Below, in pieces: positions 7,919 to 17,342 of a DNA stretch of 32,193 bases; position 1 is the first letter of the stretch; each line of letters opens with the position of its first letter. The notes under the pieces are model-generated. The model searched no databases and was not told where the DNA came from. It was given only the letters and a program-made list of their open reading frames with translations. This DNA is from Aquabacterium sp. (GTDB lineage: Bacteria; Pseudomonadota; Gammaproteobacteria; Burkholderiales; Burkholderiaceae_C). The stretch is from assembly GCA_030654555.1 (NCBI GenBank), contig JAURXG010000271.1, forward strand, positions 1 to 32,193. Reading direction: 5' to 3'. Position numbers and translations under genes: made by a program.

Positions 7919-9244
7919 CTACTTGAAGAACAGCGCGACGACGCCCAGCGTCAGCGACGGGAAGAACAGCAGCAGCAGCATGCGCAGCATGTCGCTGGCG
8001 AGAAAGGGCCACACGCCCTTGTAGGTCTCGCTCATCGGCACGTCGCGCGCGATGCTGTTGACCACGTAGACGTTCAGCCCCACCGGCGGCATCGTCATGC
8101 CGATGCCCACGGTCATCAGCACCAGGATGCCGAACCAGATCGCCTTGCCCTCGGGCGCCAGGCCGAACAGGTCGAGCGCCATCACCGCGGGGAAGATCAC
8201 GGGGATCGTCAGCAGCATCATCGACAGCTCGTCCATCACGCAGCCCAGCACGATGTAGGTGGCCAGGATGGCGCCGATGATCCACAGCGGCGCCACCTGC
8301 AGATGCCCCACCCAGTCGGCCACGCGCGCGGGCATCTGGGTCAGCGCCAGGGCCGAGTTCATCATGTCGGCGCCCAGGAAGATCATGAACACCATGGCCG
8401 AGGTTTCGGCGGTGCCGATGAAGCTGCGCTTGATGCCCTGCAGGCCCAGCTCGCGCCGCGCCAGCGATGCGATGAAGGTGCCCACCGCGCCCACCGCCGC
8501 GCCCTCGGTGGGCGAGAAGATGCCGCCGTAGATGCCGCCGAAGACCACCACGAAGATCACCGCGATCGGCCACACCTGCGCCAGCGCGGCCCAGCGCTCG
8601 GCCCAGGGGGCCGGCTCGCTGGGCTGGGCCAGGCTGGGGTTGAGGCGGCAGACGATGGCGATGACCGTGAGGTAGCCGATCACCGCCAGGATGCCGGGCA
8701 ACATGGCCGCGGCAAACAGCTTGCCGATGTTCTGCTCGGTGAGGATGGCATACACCACCAGCGGCACCGAGGGCGGGATCAGGATGCCCAGCGTGCCGCC
8801 GCAGGCCAGCGCCGCGGTGGTGAGCCGACCCTGGTAGCCGTGGGCCCTCATCTCGGGGTAGGCCACCTGGGTGATGGTGGCCGAGGTGGCCACGCTGGAG
8901 CCGCACACCGCGCCGAAGGCCGCCGCCGACAGGATGGCTGCCATCGCCAGCCCGCCGCGGATGTGCCCGACGAACGCGGCCGCCGCCTTGAACAGCGCCC
9001 TCGACAAGCCGCCCTGCGTGGCGAACTGCCCCATCAGCAGGAACAGAGGGATCACCGACAGGTCGTACACCGTCAGCCGCGCCACGGCACTGCCCTTGAG
9101 CAGGTTCAGCAGCGCCATGTCGTTGGTCATGGCCATGTAGCCCAGCGCGCCGGGGATGAACATGGCCACCGCGATGGGGATGCGCAGCGCCATCAGTGCC
9201 AGCATGCCGGCAAAGATCAACAGACCGATGGTGCCGGGGCTCAT
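7919..9244 (-). CDS. TRAP transporter large permease (DctM)
   Basis: IPLFLLMG, GSSVAT, GGTLGILIPPS, PTEGAAVG, PPVGLNVYVV; ATGA overlap with dctQ. Confidence 0.93.
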   Translation of the reverse strand: MSPGTIGLLIFAGMLALMALRIPIAVAMFIPGALGYMAMTNDMALLNLLKGSAVARLTVYDLSVIPLFLLMGQFATQGGLSRALFKAAAAFVGHIRGGLAMAAILSAAAFGAVCGSSVATSATITQVAYPEMRAHGYQGRLTTAALACGGTLGILIPPSVPLVVYAILTEQNIGKLFAAAMLPGILAVIGYLTVIAIVCRLNPSLAQPSEPAPWAERWAALAQVWPIAVIFVVVFGGIYGGIFSPTEGAAVGAVGTFIASLARRELGLQGIKRSFIGTAETSAMVFMIFLGADMMNSALALTQMPARVADWVGHLQVAPLWIIGAILATYIVLGCVMDELSMMLLTIPVIFPAVMALDLFGLAPEGKAIWFGILVLMTVGIGMTMPPVGLNVYVVNSIARDVPMSETYKGVWPFLASDMLRMLLLLFFPSLTLGVVALFFK

Positions 9245-9750
9245 GCCACCACCCCGTCGGCCGTGGCTTCGGCGCCCACGTCCAGGCCTCGCAACTGGCG
9301 CTGGCCCTGCCACAGCGCGATCAGCGCGGTGAGTGCCAGGCCCGGCGCCAGCATCGCGTAGGCCCACCACATCGGCAGGCCGATGATCATGGTGGTCTCG
9401 CCCGCGTCCATCACCGCCAGCGCGCCCGCGGCGGTGCGCGCGGACAACAGCAGGCACATCACCGCCAGCAGGATCGAGCCGATGCCGTCGAGCGCGCGGG
9501 TGCTGCGCTGCGGCAGCTTCGTGGTGAAGAAGTCGACGATGATGTTCGCGCCATGCAGCTGGCACCAGGGCAGGCACAACGAGATGCACAGCGCGATGCC
9601 CATCTGCATCAGCTCCACGTCACCCTGGATCGGCGTGGACAAGGTGGCGCGCAGCAACACGCTGACGACCGTCAGCACGGCCAGTGCGCTGGCCGCCGCA
9701 CCGCCCACCAGGGCAAACCACAGCGCGATGCGCTTGAACCAGGCGTGCAT
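9241..9750 (-). CDS. TRAP transporter small permease (DctQ)
   Basis: About 4 TM helices; R...PIQGDVEL and NIIVDF motifs; lies between dctP and dctM. Confidence 0.9.
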   Translation of the reverse strand: MHAWFKRIALWFALVGGAAASALAVLTVVSVLLRATLSTPIQGDVELMQMGIALCISLCLPWCQLHGANIIVDFFTTKLPQRSTRALDGIGSILLAVMCLLLSARTAAGALAVMDAGETTMIIGLPMWWAYAMLAPGLALTALIALWQGQRQLRGLDVGAEATADGVVA

Positions 9751-9784
9751 GCCGACTGCTCCGATCAGGCTTCAGATTTGAGAA

Positions 9785-9843
9785 ACGCGCCCACCTGGGG
9801 CGCGTCTTGCAGGGCGCGGCACGCACCGGCGTGCGCTGCCGCG
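9785..9843 (-). other. Two tandem stem-loops after dctP (mRNA stabiliser or partial terminator)
   Basis: ACGCGCCC-N5-GGGCGCGT (9785-9805) and CGCGGCA-CGCAC...GTGCG-C-TGCCGCG (9815-9843). Confidence 0.55.
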
Positions 9844-9850
9844 AGGGACC

Positions 9851-10882
9851 TTACTTGCGGTACTTGACCAGCAGATCGCGGGCGTCCTGCAGCATCTGCT
9901 TGCCGGGCTGGCCGCGCTTGTCCATGTCGACCACGAAGTCGTCGTACAGCGGCGCGGCGGCCTTGACCCAGTTGTCCAGTTCGGAGGCCGGAATCATCGT
10001 GAAGGTGTTGCCCCGCTCCTGGGCCAGCTTGCGGCCCGCGGCCTGGCTGCTGTCCCAGATCTTGCCGATGGCCTGCGAGTAGGCCGCGCCGGCGTTGTTG
10101 TCGATCACCTTCTTCAGATCGGCCGGCAGGCTGTCGTACTTGGCCTGGTTCATCGCGAAGACGAACACCGCGCTGTAGAGCGCCGGGCGCGACGGATCGG
10201 TCTCGCTGTGGAACTTGACCATCTCGTGCAGCTTCAGCGAGGGCATCACCTCCCAGGGCAGCAGGAAGCCGTCGATGGTGCCCTTGCTCACCGCGTCGAC
10301 CACCGCCGGCAGCGGCATGCCCACCGGGCTGGCGCCCAGCCGCGCCAGCAGCTTGTTGGTCTGCCGCGTGGGGGCGCGCATCTTCAGCCCCTTGAAGTCG
10401 TCGAGCGTCTTGATCGCCTTCTCACGGGTGTGCACATAACCCTCGTCGTGCACCCAGATGGCCAGGACCTTGGTGCCGGGGAATTCCTTCAGGGCGTACT
10501 TCTGCAGGTAGTCCCAGGCCGCGCGTGCGCCCACCTCGGCCGAGTTGGTCATGAACGGCAGCTCGAACACCTCCAGCGCCGGGAAGCGGCCGGCGGTGTA
10601 GCCCGGCAACGTGATGACCACGTCGGCCACGCCGTCCTTGACCTGGTCGACCAGCTGCTGCGGCGTGCCGCCCATGCTCATCGCCGGATAGACCTGGCAC
10701 TTCAGCTTGTTGGCCGACTCCTTGGCGATCTTGTCGCACCACGGTGCGATCACGTTGACCGCCGCCATGGCCTGCGTGTTCCAGATGTGGTGGAACTTCA
10801 GCGTCACTTCCTGGGCCTGGGCGAAAGGCGCCAGCGCCAGGGTGGCGGCCAGCGCCAGGGCGGAACGAAGGGTTCTTGTCAT
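9851..10882 (-). CDS. TRAP transporter substrate-binding protein (DctP)
   Basis: Signal peptide (APFAQA-QE), PGYTAGRFP, FELPF, GLKMRAP, LGASPVGMP; GGAG SD. Confidence 0.93.
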   Translation of the reverse strand: MTRTLRSALALAATLALAPFAQAQEVTLKFHHIWNTQAMAAVNVIAPWCDKIAKESANKLKCQVYPAMSMGGTPQQLVDQVKDGVADVVITLPGYTAGRFPALEVFELPFMTNSAEVGARAAWDYLQKYALKEFPGTKVLAIWVHDEGYVHTREKAIKTLDDFKGLKMRAPTRQTNKLLARLGASPVGMPLPAVVDAVSKGTIDGFLLPWEVMPSLKLHEMVKFHSETDPSRPALYSAVFVFAMNQAKYDSLPADLKKVIDNNAGAAYSQAIGKIWDSSQAAGRKLAQERGNTFTMIPASELDNWVKAAAPLYDDFVVDMDKRGQPGKQMLQDARDLLVKYRK

Positions 10883-11011
10883 GCGACGTCTCCAGAGGGT
10901 CTTGATGAATGCTTCAGGCCAGGATGATGCGGCGCCGCGCCGGGGGTGCCTAGCGGACAAACGCGCAAGCGCGCCCAGCCAGTGGCACGGCCCCGGCGGC
11001 GTGGATGGGTG

Positions 11012-12142
11012 TCAGCCCCACACGTCCTGCGCCGTCTCCACCACCAGGCGCAGCTTGGCGCGCTGCGCCTCGACCGCGATGTTGTTGCCGTGCACGGTGC
11101 TGGAGAAGCCGCACTGCGGGCTGAGGCACAGCTGGTCGAGCGGCGCGTACTTCGCGGCCTCGTCGATGCGGCGCTTCAGCGCGTCCTTGCTCTCCATTTC
11201 GCCGAACTTGGTGGTCACCAGGCCCAGTACCACGATCTTGCCTTTGCTCAAGTAGCGCAGCGGGCGGAAGTCGCCCGATCGCTCGTCGTCGTACTCGAGG
11301 AAGAAGGCGTCGAGGTTCATCTCCGACAGCAGGGCCTCGGCCACCGGCTCGTAGTTGCCGGCCGCCGCGTGCGTGCTCTTGAAGTTGCCGCGGCACAGGT
11401 GCATGGCCAGCGTCATGCCGGCGGGCTTGTGCGCCACCACCTTGTTGATGAAGCCGGCGTAGCGGTGCGGCAGCTCGTTGGGATCATCGCCGCGTTGGCG
11501 GGCCGCCTCGCGCATCTTCTCGTCGCACAGGTAGGCCAGGTTGGTGTCGTCCATCTGCACGTAGCGGCAGCCGGCATCGAACAGGCTCTGCAGTTCGTCG
11601 CCATAGGCCTTGGCCACGTCGTCGTAGAACGCCGGCTCCAGCTCGGGATAGGCCTCGCGGCTGATGCCGGCACGGCCACCGCGGAAGTGCAGCATCGTGG
11701 GCGAGGGGATGGTCACCTTGGGCGTCAGGCCCGGGTTTGCGAATGACCCGACCTGGCTCTTCAGGTACTCGAAATCGGCGCGCTGGATGTCCTTGACGTG
11801 GCGCACCTTGTCGATGACGCGGATCACCGGCGGCGCCAGCTCCTCGCTGCCATCGGCACGCTTCACCGTCACCGGGATGTCGGTCTTCACGCCACCCAAC
11901 TGCTCGAGGAAGTCGATGTGGAAGTAGGTGCGGCGGAACTCGCCGTCGGTGATGCTCTGCAGGCCCACTTCCTGCTGGAACTTCACGATCTCGGTGATGG
12001 CCTTGTCTTCGACCGCACGCAGCTGCTCGGCGGTGATCTCCTTCTTGACGAAGAACTGCTCGCGCGCGTCCAGCAGGTACTTGGGCCGCAGGAAGCTGCC
12101 CACATGGTCGGCACGGAACGGCGGGGTGGTGCGAAGGCTCAT
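11012..12142 (-). CDS. Single-barrel cobalamin-independent methionine synthase-like enzyme (MetE C-terminal domain only, YxjH-like)
   Basis: FRADHVGSFLRP, ITDGEFRR, Zn ligands HLC(RGN), (FL)E(YD), (SPQ)C(GF); 376 aa, about half the length of MetE; GGAG SD. Confidence 0.88.
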   Translation of the reverse strand: MSLRTTPPFRADHVGSFLRPKYLLDAREQFFVKKEITAEQLRAVEDKAITEIVKFQQEVGLQSITDGEFRRTYFHIDFLEQLGGVKTDIPVTVKRADGSEELAPPVIRVIDKVRHVKDIQRADFEYLKSQVGSFANPGLTPKVTIPSPTMLHFRGGRAGISREAYPELEPAFYDDVAKAYGDELQSLFDAGCRYVQMDDTNLAYLCDEKMREAARQRGDDPNELPHRYAGFINKVVAHKPAGMTLAMHLCRGNFKSTHAAAGNYEPVAEALLSEMNLDAFFLEYDDERSGDFRPLRYLSKGKIVVLGLVTTKFGEMESKDALKRRIDEAAKYAPLDQLCLSPQCGFSSTVHGNNIAVEAQRAKLRLVVETAQDVWG

Positions 12143-12264
12143 GGTGTCTCCGGAGGGATCCGATCGACCTCGGGTCGACCGTTGGGTGGGGAATTGTGAT
12201 GAGGCCGGGCAGGCCTCAGATCGAAACGCCTGGATAGCTGTTATCGCAGCTCGGCATGGCCGGG

Positions 12265-13248
12265 TCAGCGTGGATCGGGTCGGAACGCGGTGTCGAGCAC
12301 CAGCCCGCCGCCGCGCACCCGCGACACGCAGGCACAGATGCGGTGGTTGGCGGCGCGCTCGGTGGGGCCGAGGAACACGTCGTGGTGGTCGATGCGGCCC
12401 TGCACCTCGATCACGTCCATCGCGCACAGGCCGCATTCTCCGCGCTGGCAATCGCTGAGGGTGTCGATGCCGTGCAACTCCAGCGCCTGCAGCAGCGTCT
12501 GGTCGGTGGGCACGTCGAACTGCAGGCCATGGCGCGGCAGCTTCACCCAGAACGGCTCGGCGGCCGTGGCATCGGCGCCGAAGGTCTCGAAGCGCAGGCC
12601 ATGCGCCGGCCGGCCAGCGGCCTGCCAGGCTTGCTGGGCGTCGCGGATCAGCCCCGACGGCCCGCACAGCAGCAGCTCGCCTTGCGCATGCAGGCGTGCC
12701 AGCTCGGCGCCCAGGTCCAGCCGCTGGCCGGCGGTGCTGACGAAGGTCTGCAGCCGATCGCCCAGCAGCGTGCGCAGCGATTCGACATAGACCAGCTCGG
12801 CCTCGCTGCGCGCGGCGTACAGCAGGCGCAGGTCGGCCCCGCGCGCCACCAGCGCCTGGGCCATGGCCACCAGCGGCGTGATGCCGATGCCACCGGCCAC
12901 CAGCAGATACTGCGGCGCGCGGCTCGGCAGCTCGAAGTGGTTCTGCGGCGGCAGCACCTCGATCGACGCCCCCTCGGCCAGCGCATGCACGGCGGCCGAG
13001 CCACCGCGGCTGGGCTCGCAGCGCTTGACGGCGATGCGCCAGGCACCGCTGCCATCGGGCAGGCCGACCAGCGAGTACGAGCGGGTGAGCGTGCGCCCGT
13101 CGGGCAGCGCCAGGCGCAGTTGCAGGTGGCTGCCCGGCGCGTAACGCTCGCAGCCGCCCTCGGGCACGATCTGCAGCTCACGCACCGTGGGGCTGAGCGC
13201 GGTGATGCGGCGCACGGTGGCACGCCGCCAGTCTTGGGTGGAACGCAT
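12265..13248 (-). CDS. vanB: PDR/VanB family oxygenase reductase (vanillate O-demethylase reductase)
   Basis: RSYSL, SRGGS, AGGIGITP, CGP and a C-terminal 2Fe-2S motif CQRGECGLC...C. Confidence 0.88.
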   Translation of the reverse strand: MRSTQDWRRATVRRITALSPTVRELQIVPEGGCERYAPGSHLQLRLALPDGRTLTRSYSLVGLPDGSGAWRIAVKRCEPSRGGSAAVHALAEGASIEVLPPQNHFELPSRAPQYLLVAGGIGITPLVAMAQALVARGADLRLLYAARSEAELVYVESLRTLLGDRLQTFVSTAGQRLDLGAELARLHAQGELLLCGPSGLIRDAQQAWQAAGRPAHGLRFETFGADATAAEPFWVKLPRHGLQFDVPTDQTLLQALELHGIDTLSDCQRGECGLCAMDVIEVQGRIDHHDVFLGPTERAANHRICACVSRVRGGGLVLDTAFRPDPR

Positions 13249-13290
13249 GGGAGATGGGGCCTGGGCGTCGGGGTGGAGAGACGGGCGAGT

Positions 13291-14076
13291 TCAGCGCCCG
13301 GCGTGGCGGATCAGCCGCGCGCCGGGCAGGCTCAACAAACCCTGCTGGCTCTGCAGCGCCTCGCGCAGGTTGGCATGGGCCAGCCGGGCATGCTCCTGCA
13401 TCACCGCATCGGCGCGGGCGGCCTCGCGGCGGGCGATGGCGTCGAGCACCGCACGGTGCTGCGATTGCGCCACCACCAGCGCATCCCGTGCAAAGTCGCC
13501 GCTGGCGCGCAGCATCACGAAGCCGTTGGGCGAGGCGAACGGCAGCGTCACCACCCGCTCGATCTGGCGCTGCACCAGCACGCTGCCGGCGGCTTCGGCC
13601 AGCAGCCGGTGAAAGCGCCCGTTCTGCTCGATGTAGGCCTCGAACGCCGCGGCGCTGAGGGCCGGCGGTGCCAGCAGTTCGTCGATGCGCTCCACGCTGT
13701 CGCGCAAGGCGGCCAGCACCAGCGCCGGGGCGCCGCGCTCGGCCGCCAGCCGCGCCGCCAGGCCTTCCAGCGTGCCGCGCAGCTCGATCGCGTCGCAGAT
13801 GTCGGTCTCGGAGAAATCACGCACCGCGAAGCCGCCACCGGCCAGCGCCTCGAGCAAGCCCTCCTCGGCCAGCCGCACCAGCGCGGCGCGCACCGGCGTG
13901 CGCGAGACGCCCAGCCGCTCGACCAGGGCCAGCTCGGGGATGCGCACGCCCGGCGCCAGCTCACCGCCCAGGATCAGCTCGCGCAGCCGCAGCTGCGCGC
14001 GCACCGTCTGCGAGCCACCGCCGTCGTCGGCGTCGACGTCCCGCGCGGGTGACGCGGCCTTCAGGGCCACGCTCAT
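13291..14076 (-). CDS. GntR/FadR (FCD) transcriptional regulator, VanR-like
   Basis: [30 protein letters not shown]...EEGL HTH plus FCD domain (N..FH, QH..VLDAI, EH); ATGA overlap with vanA. Confidence 0.9.
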   Translation of the reverse strand: MSVALKAASPARDVDADDGGGSQTVRAQLRLRELILGGELAPGVRIPELALVERLGVSRTPVRAALVRLAEEGLLEALAGGGFAVRDFSETDICDAIELRGTLEGLAARLAAERGAPALVLAALRDSVERIDELLAPPALSAAAFEAYIEQNGRFHRLLAEAAGSVLVQRQIERVVTLPFASPNGFVMLRASGDFARDALVVAQSQHRAVLDAIARREAARADAVMQEHARLAHANLREALQSQQGLLSLPGARLIRHAGR

Positions 14077-15143
14077 GCCACCCTCAGCGGGATGCTGCGC
14101 GCACCCGTCGACGGCCCTTCGGCCGCCACCAGGCGATCGATCAACTTGCGCGCCCACATCGAGCCGGCGTCGATGTTGAGGTTGTAGAACTGGTGGTCGG
14201 GGTGCTCGTCGATGGCGCGCTGCTGGGCTTCGAGCACCGCCTCGTCCTCGCGGAAGATGCCCGACACGCCCTCGCGCAGCTCGTGCGTGATGCGCTGCTC
14301 GTTGAGGCAGTAGTTGCGTGCAAAGGCCCAGAAGTAGTGGCAGCTGCCGTCGGTCTCGGGCGTGATGGTGTTGAGCACGAAGCCGTTGACGCCCTGGCTG
14401 CGGTCACCCTGCGGCGCCCCCGTGCCCGCCACCGCCACGCCCACGTCGATGGCCACGGTGCACGGCGCCTCGAAGCGGATGATCTGCCAGCGGTCCACCG
14501 GGCCGACATGGCCCCGCGCATGGCGGATCTGCCCGGCCCAGAACGGCGGCGGCGTGATGTTCTCCATCCAGCGGGTGACGGTGGCGAAGCGCTCGCCATG
14601 GGTGGCCACGAACGGCGCCTCGGCCACGGCCCGATCGCCGATGCTGCCGCCGTGCACGAAGGTCTCGTGCGTCAGGTCCATCAGGTTGTCGACCACCAGC
14701 CGGTAGTCGCACTTCACGTGGATCATCTTGCCGTCGCCGGTCCAGTCGGCGTCGTCGTTCCAGTGCAGGTCGGGGATCAGCGCCGGATCGGCCAGCAGGG
14801 CATCCCCCGGCCACACCCAGACGAAGCGGTGCTTCTGCACCACCGGAAAACTGCGCACGCAGGCCGAGGGGTTCAAGGTCTCCTGCGACGGCATGTGCGT
14901 ACAGCGACCGTCGGCGTTGAATACAAGACCGTGGTAACCGCAGACCACCTCGTCCCCCTCCAACCGGCCCATCGACAGCGGCAGCAGGCGGTGCCAGCAG
15001 GCGTCCTCCAGCGCCACCGGCGTGCCGTCCAGCTGCCGATAGAGCACCATCTTCCTGTTGCAGATGGTGCGCGGCAGCAGGCTGCGCTTCAACTCCACGT
15101 CGTAGGCGGCGGCATACCAGGCGTTCAGCGGGAAATGGGACAT
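14073..15143 (-). CDS. vanA: Rieske non-heme iron oxygenase, vanillate O-demethylase subunit A
   Basis: FPLNAWY start; Rieske CWH...CGYH; [13 protein letters not shown] iron site; VDRWQIIRF; IF.ED..VLEAQQ; LNIDAG. Confidence 0.88.
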   Translation of the reverse strand: MSHFPLNAWYAAAYDVELKRSLLPRTICNRKMVLYRQLDGTPVALEDACWHRLLPLSMGRLEGDEVVCGYHGLVFNADGRCTHMPSQETLNPSACVRSFPVVQKHRFVWVWPGDALLADPALIPDLHWNDDADWTGDGKMIHVKCDYRLVVDNLMDLTHETFVHGGSIGDRAVAEAPFVATHGERFATVTRWMENITPPPFWAGQIRHARGHVGPVDRWQIIRFEAPCTVAIDVGVAVAGTGAPQGDRSQGVNGFVLNTITPETDGSCHYFWAFARNYCLNEQRITHELREGVSGIFREDEAVLEAQQRAIDEHPDHQFYNLNIDAGSMWARKLIDRLVAAEGPSTGARSIPLRVA

Positions 15144-15162
15144 GGGCAGGCCTCTGACGGCA

Positions 15163-15176
15163 TGTATGTATACAAC
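15163..15176. promoter_or_regulatory. Putative GntR/FadR-type operator upstream of vanA
   Basis: Palindrome TGTATACA (15167-15174) in an AT-rich patch with further TGTAT copies (15163, 15178), about 25 bp upstream of the vanA ATG. Confidence 0.6.
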
Positions 15177-15288
15177 CTGTATTTTGATAGGCCCTGCATC
15201 CCTCGCACCTGGTGTTTTCCCGAGGTCGAGAAGCCCGCCGCGCCGCTGCGGTAGGCTTGCCAGCAAACAACTTGAGGGAGTTGAAACC

Positions 15289-17301
15289 ATGCGCTCGATG
15301 TCCTGGCTGCGCCTCGCCGCAGCCTGCCTGGGGTTGGCATTGCCGGCGATCGTTGCACTGGCGCAAACGACGGCGGGCCGCCCCACACCGAAGCCCCCGC
15401 CGATGGAGGCCTTCTTCCAGCCCGCGCGGCTGCAGGACGCCGCGCTGTCACCGTCGGGCCGCTGGCTGGCCGCGCAGGTGGCCAGCCCCGGCGAGCGCGC
15501 CCGGCTGGTGGTCACCGACCTGGACGACAAGGAACCCGCGCGGGTGCTGATCGCGTCCAAGCAGTACGACGTGCGCGGCGTGCAATGGGTCAACGACGAC
15601 CTGTTGATCTTCCAGGTGGCCAACGACGACGACCGCGAGAAGGGCCACCTGCGCAAGCGCGCCGGACTGTCGTCCGTTCAGCGCGACGGTCAGCGCCTGC
15701 GGCTGTTGATCAAGCGCGACTGGGACACCGCCTTTCCGGCCCAGGGCACCGCACCCCTGGAGGCCAATCACAGCTTTCTGGCCCTGGGGCCGGCAGGCAG
15801 CGACGAGCTGGTGGTCGGCGAGTGGATGTTCGACAACAACGGCGACTTCGCCTCGATGCGACTGATCAAGCTCAATGCCCGCACGGGCGAGCGCAGTTCC
15901 ATGCTCGACAACGCCCCCGCCAACGTGCAGGACTGGTGGTTCGATCACCAGGGCACGCCGCGCGCGGCGATGGCCAGCAAGAACGGCGAGTACACGCTCT
16001 ACTGGCAGGATCTGGCCGACAAGCGCTGGCGCGAGATCCGTCGCTTTCCCTGGGACGATCAGCCCTACTGGCCCGCCTTCGTGGCGGGCGGTGGCCAGCT
16101 CTTCGTGAGCCAGAGCGACGACGGCACCGGTGCATCCGGGCTGCGCCGGCTCAACGTCGCCACCGGCCAGCCGGACGGCGCCTCTTTGGTATCGGTGCCC
16201 GGCTTCAGCAGCGGATTCGGCCGGGTGATCGACCGCAGCACCGGTGAGTTGCTGGGCCTGAGCCTGCTCACCGACGGCGCCACGCAAGTCTGGTTGTCGC
16301 CCACGATGAAGGCGATGCAGGCCAAGGTGGATGCCCTGCTGCCGGGCCGCATCAACCTGGTGAGCTGCCGGCCCTGCGACCAGCCCCGCCGGCTGCTGGT
16401 GCATTCGTACTCCGACCGCCACCCGGGCGAATACCTGCTCTACGACGTGGCCACCGACAGCTGGCAGCGCCTGGGCGTGCAGCGCCCGGCGATCGATCCC
16501 GAGCAGATGGGCGGGATGGACTTCCACCGCACCAAGGCCCGCGACGGCGCCGACCTGCCGCTGTGGGTGACGCTGCCACCCGGCGCCACCACGCAGCCCC
16601 GCCCCGCGGTGGTGCTGGTGCACGGCGGCCCGTGGACGCGTGGGGCCGAATGGGCCTGGGATGCCGAGAGCCAGTTCCTGGCCACGCGGGGCTACGTGGT
16701 GATCCAGCCCGAGTTCCGGGGCAGCACCGGCTATGGCCGCGCCCACTACCGGGCCGGCTGGAAGCAATGGGGCCAGTCCATGCAGGACGACGTGACCGAT
16801 GCCCTGCGCTTCGCCGTCCAGAAGGGGTGGGTCGATCCCAAGCGCGTGTGCATCGCCGGGGCCAGCTACGGTGGTTACGCCACGCTGATGGGCCTGGCCA
16901 AGGACCCCGACCAGTACCGCTGCGGCGTGGCCTGGGTGGGCGTGACCGACCCGCGGCTGATGTTCAGCATCCACTGGTCGGACATCGGCCGCGAGAGCAA
17001 GCAGCACACCATGCCGCAGATGATCGGCGACCCGGTCAAGGACGCCGAGATGCTGAAGGCCCACGCGCCGGTCGAGCTGGCCTCGAAGATCAAGGTGCCG
17101 GTGATGCTGGTCTACGGCGCGCTGGACATGCGCGTGCCGATCGAGCATGGCGAGCGCATGCGCGAGGTGCTGCGCCAGGCCGGCAACCCGCCCGAGTGGC
17201 ATGTGTATGGCGACGAGGGGCACGGCTGGCGCCGGCCCGAGAACATCCTGGATTTCTGGCGCCGCGTGGACACCTTCCTGGCCCGCCACCTGACGCCCTG
17301 A
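15289..17301 (+). CDS. Secreted S9 family (prolyl oligopeptidase / dipeptidyl aminopeptidase-like) serine peptidase
   Basis: Signal peptide; propeller-like N-terminal region; VHGGP, FRGSTGYG, nucleophile GASYGG, D.RVP, EGHG; GGGAG SD. Confidence 0.92.
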   Translation: MRSMSWLRLAAACLGLALPAIVALAQTTAGRPTPKPPPMEAFFQPARLQDAALSPSGRWLAAQVASPGERARLVVTDLDDKEPARVLIASKQYDVRGVQWVNDDLLIFQVANDDDREKGHLRKRAGLSSVQRDGQRLRLLIKRDWDTAFPAQGTAPLEANHSFLALGPAGSDELVVGEWMFDNNGDFASMRLIKLNARTGERSSMLDNAPANVQDWWFDHQGTPRAAMASKNGEYTLYWQDLADKRWREIRRFPWDDQPYWPAFVAGGGQLFVSQSDDGTGASGLRRLNVATGQPDGASLVSVPGFSSGFGRVIDRSTGELLGLSLLTDGATQVWLSPTMKAMQAKVDALLPGRINLVSCRPCDQPRRLLVHSYSDRHPGEYLLYDVATDSWQRLGVQRPAIDPEQMGGMDFHRTKARDGADLPLWVTLPPGATTQPRPAVVLVHGGPWTRGAEWAWDAESQFLATRGYVVIQPEFRGSTGYGRAHYRAGWKQWGQSMQDDVTDALRFAVQKGWVDPKRVCIAGASYGGYATLMGLAKDPDQYRCGVAWVGVTDPRLMFSIHWSDIGRESKQHTMPQMIGDPVKDAEMLKAHAPVELASKIKVPVMLVYGALDMRVPIEHGERMREVLRQAGNPPEWHVYGDEGHGWRRPENILDFWRRVDTFLARHLTP

Positions 17302-17342
17302 CGCCCGGAGCACGGCGCCGGGCGCCGAAGGCGCTGGCCGGA

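Noticed and set aside
12143-12264. SAM or SAH riboswitch upstream of the MetE-like gene
   Set aside because: The consensus motifs I know for SAM-I, SAM-II and SAH riboswitches are not present.
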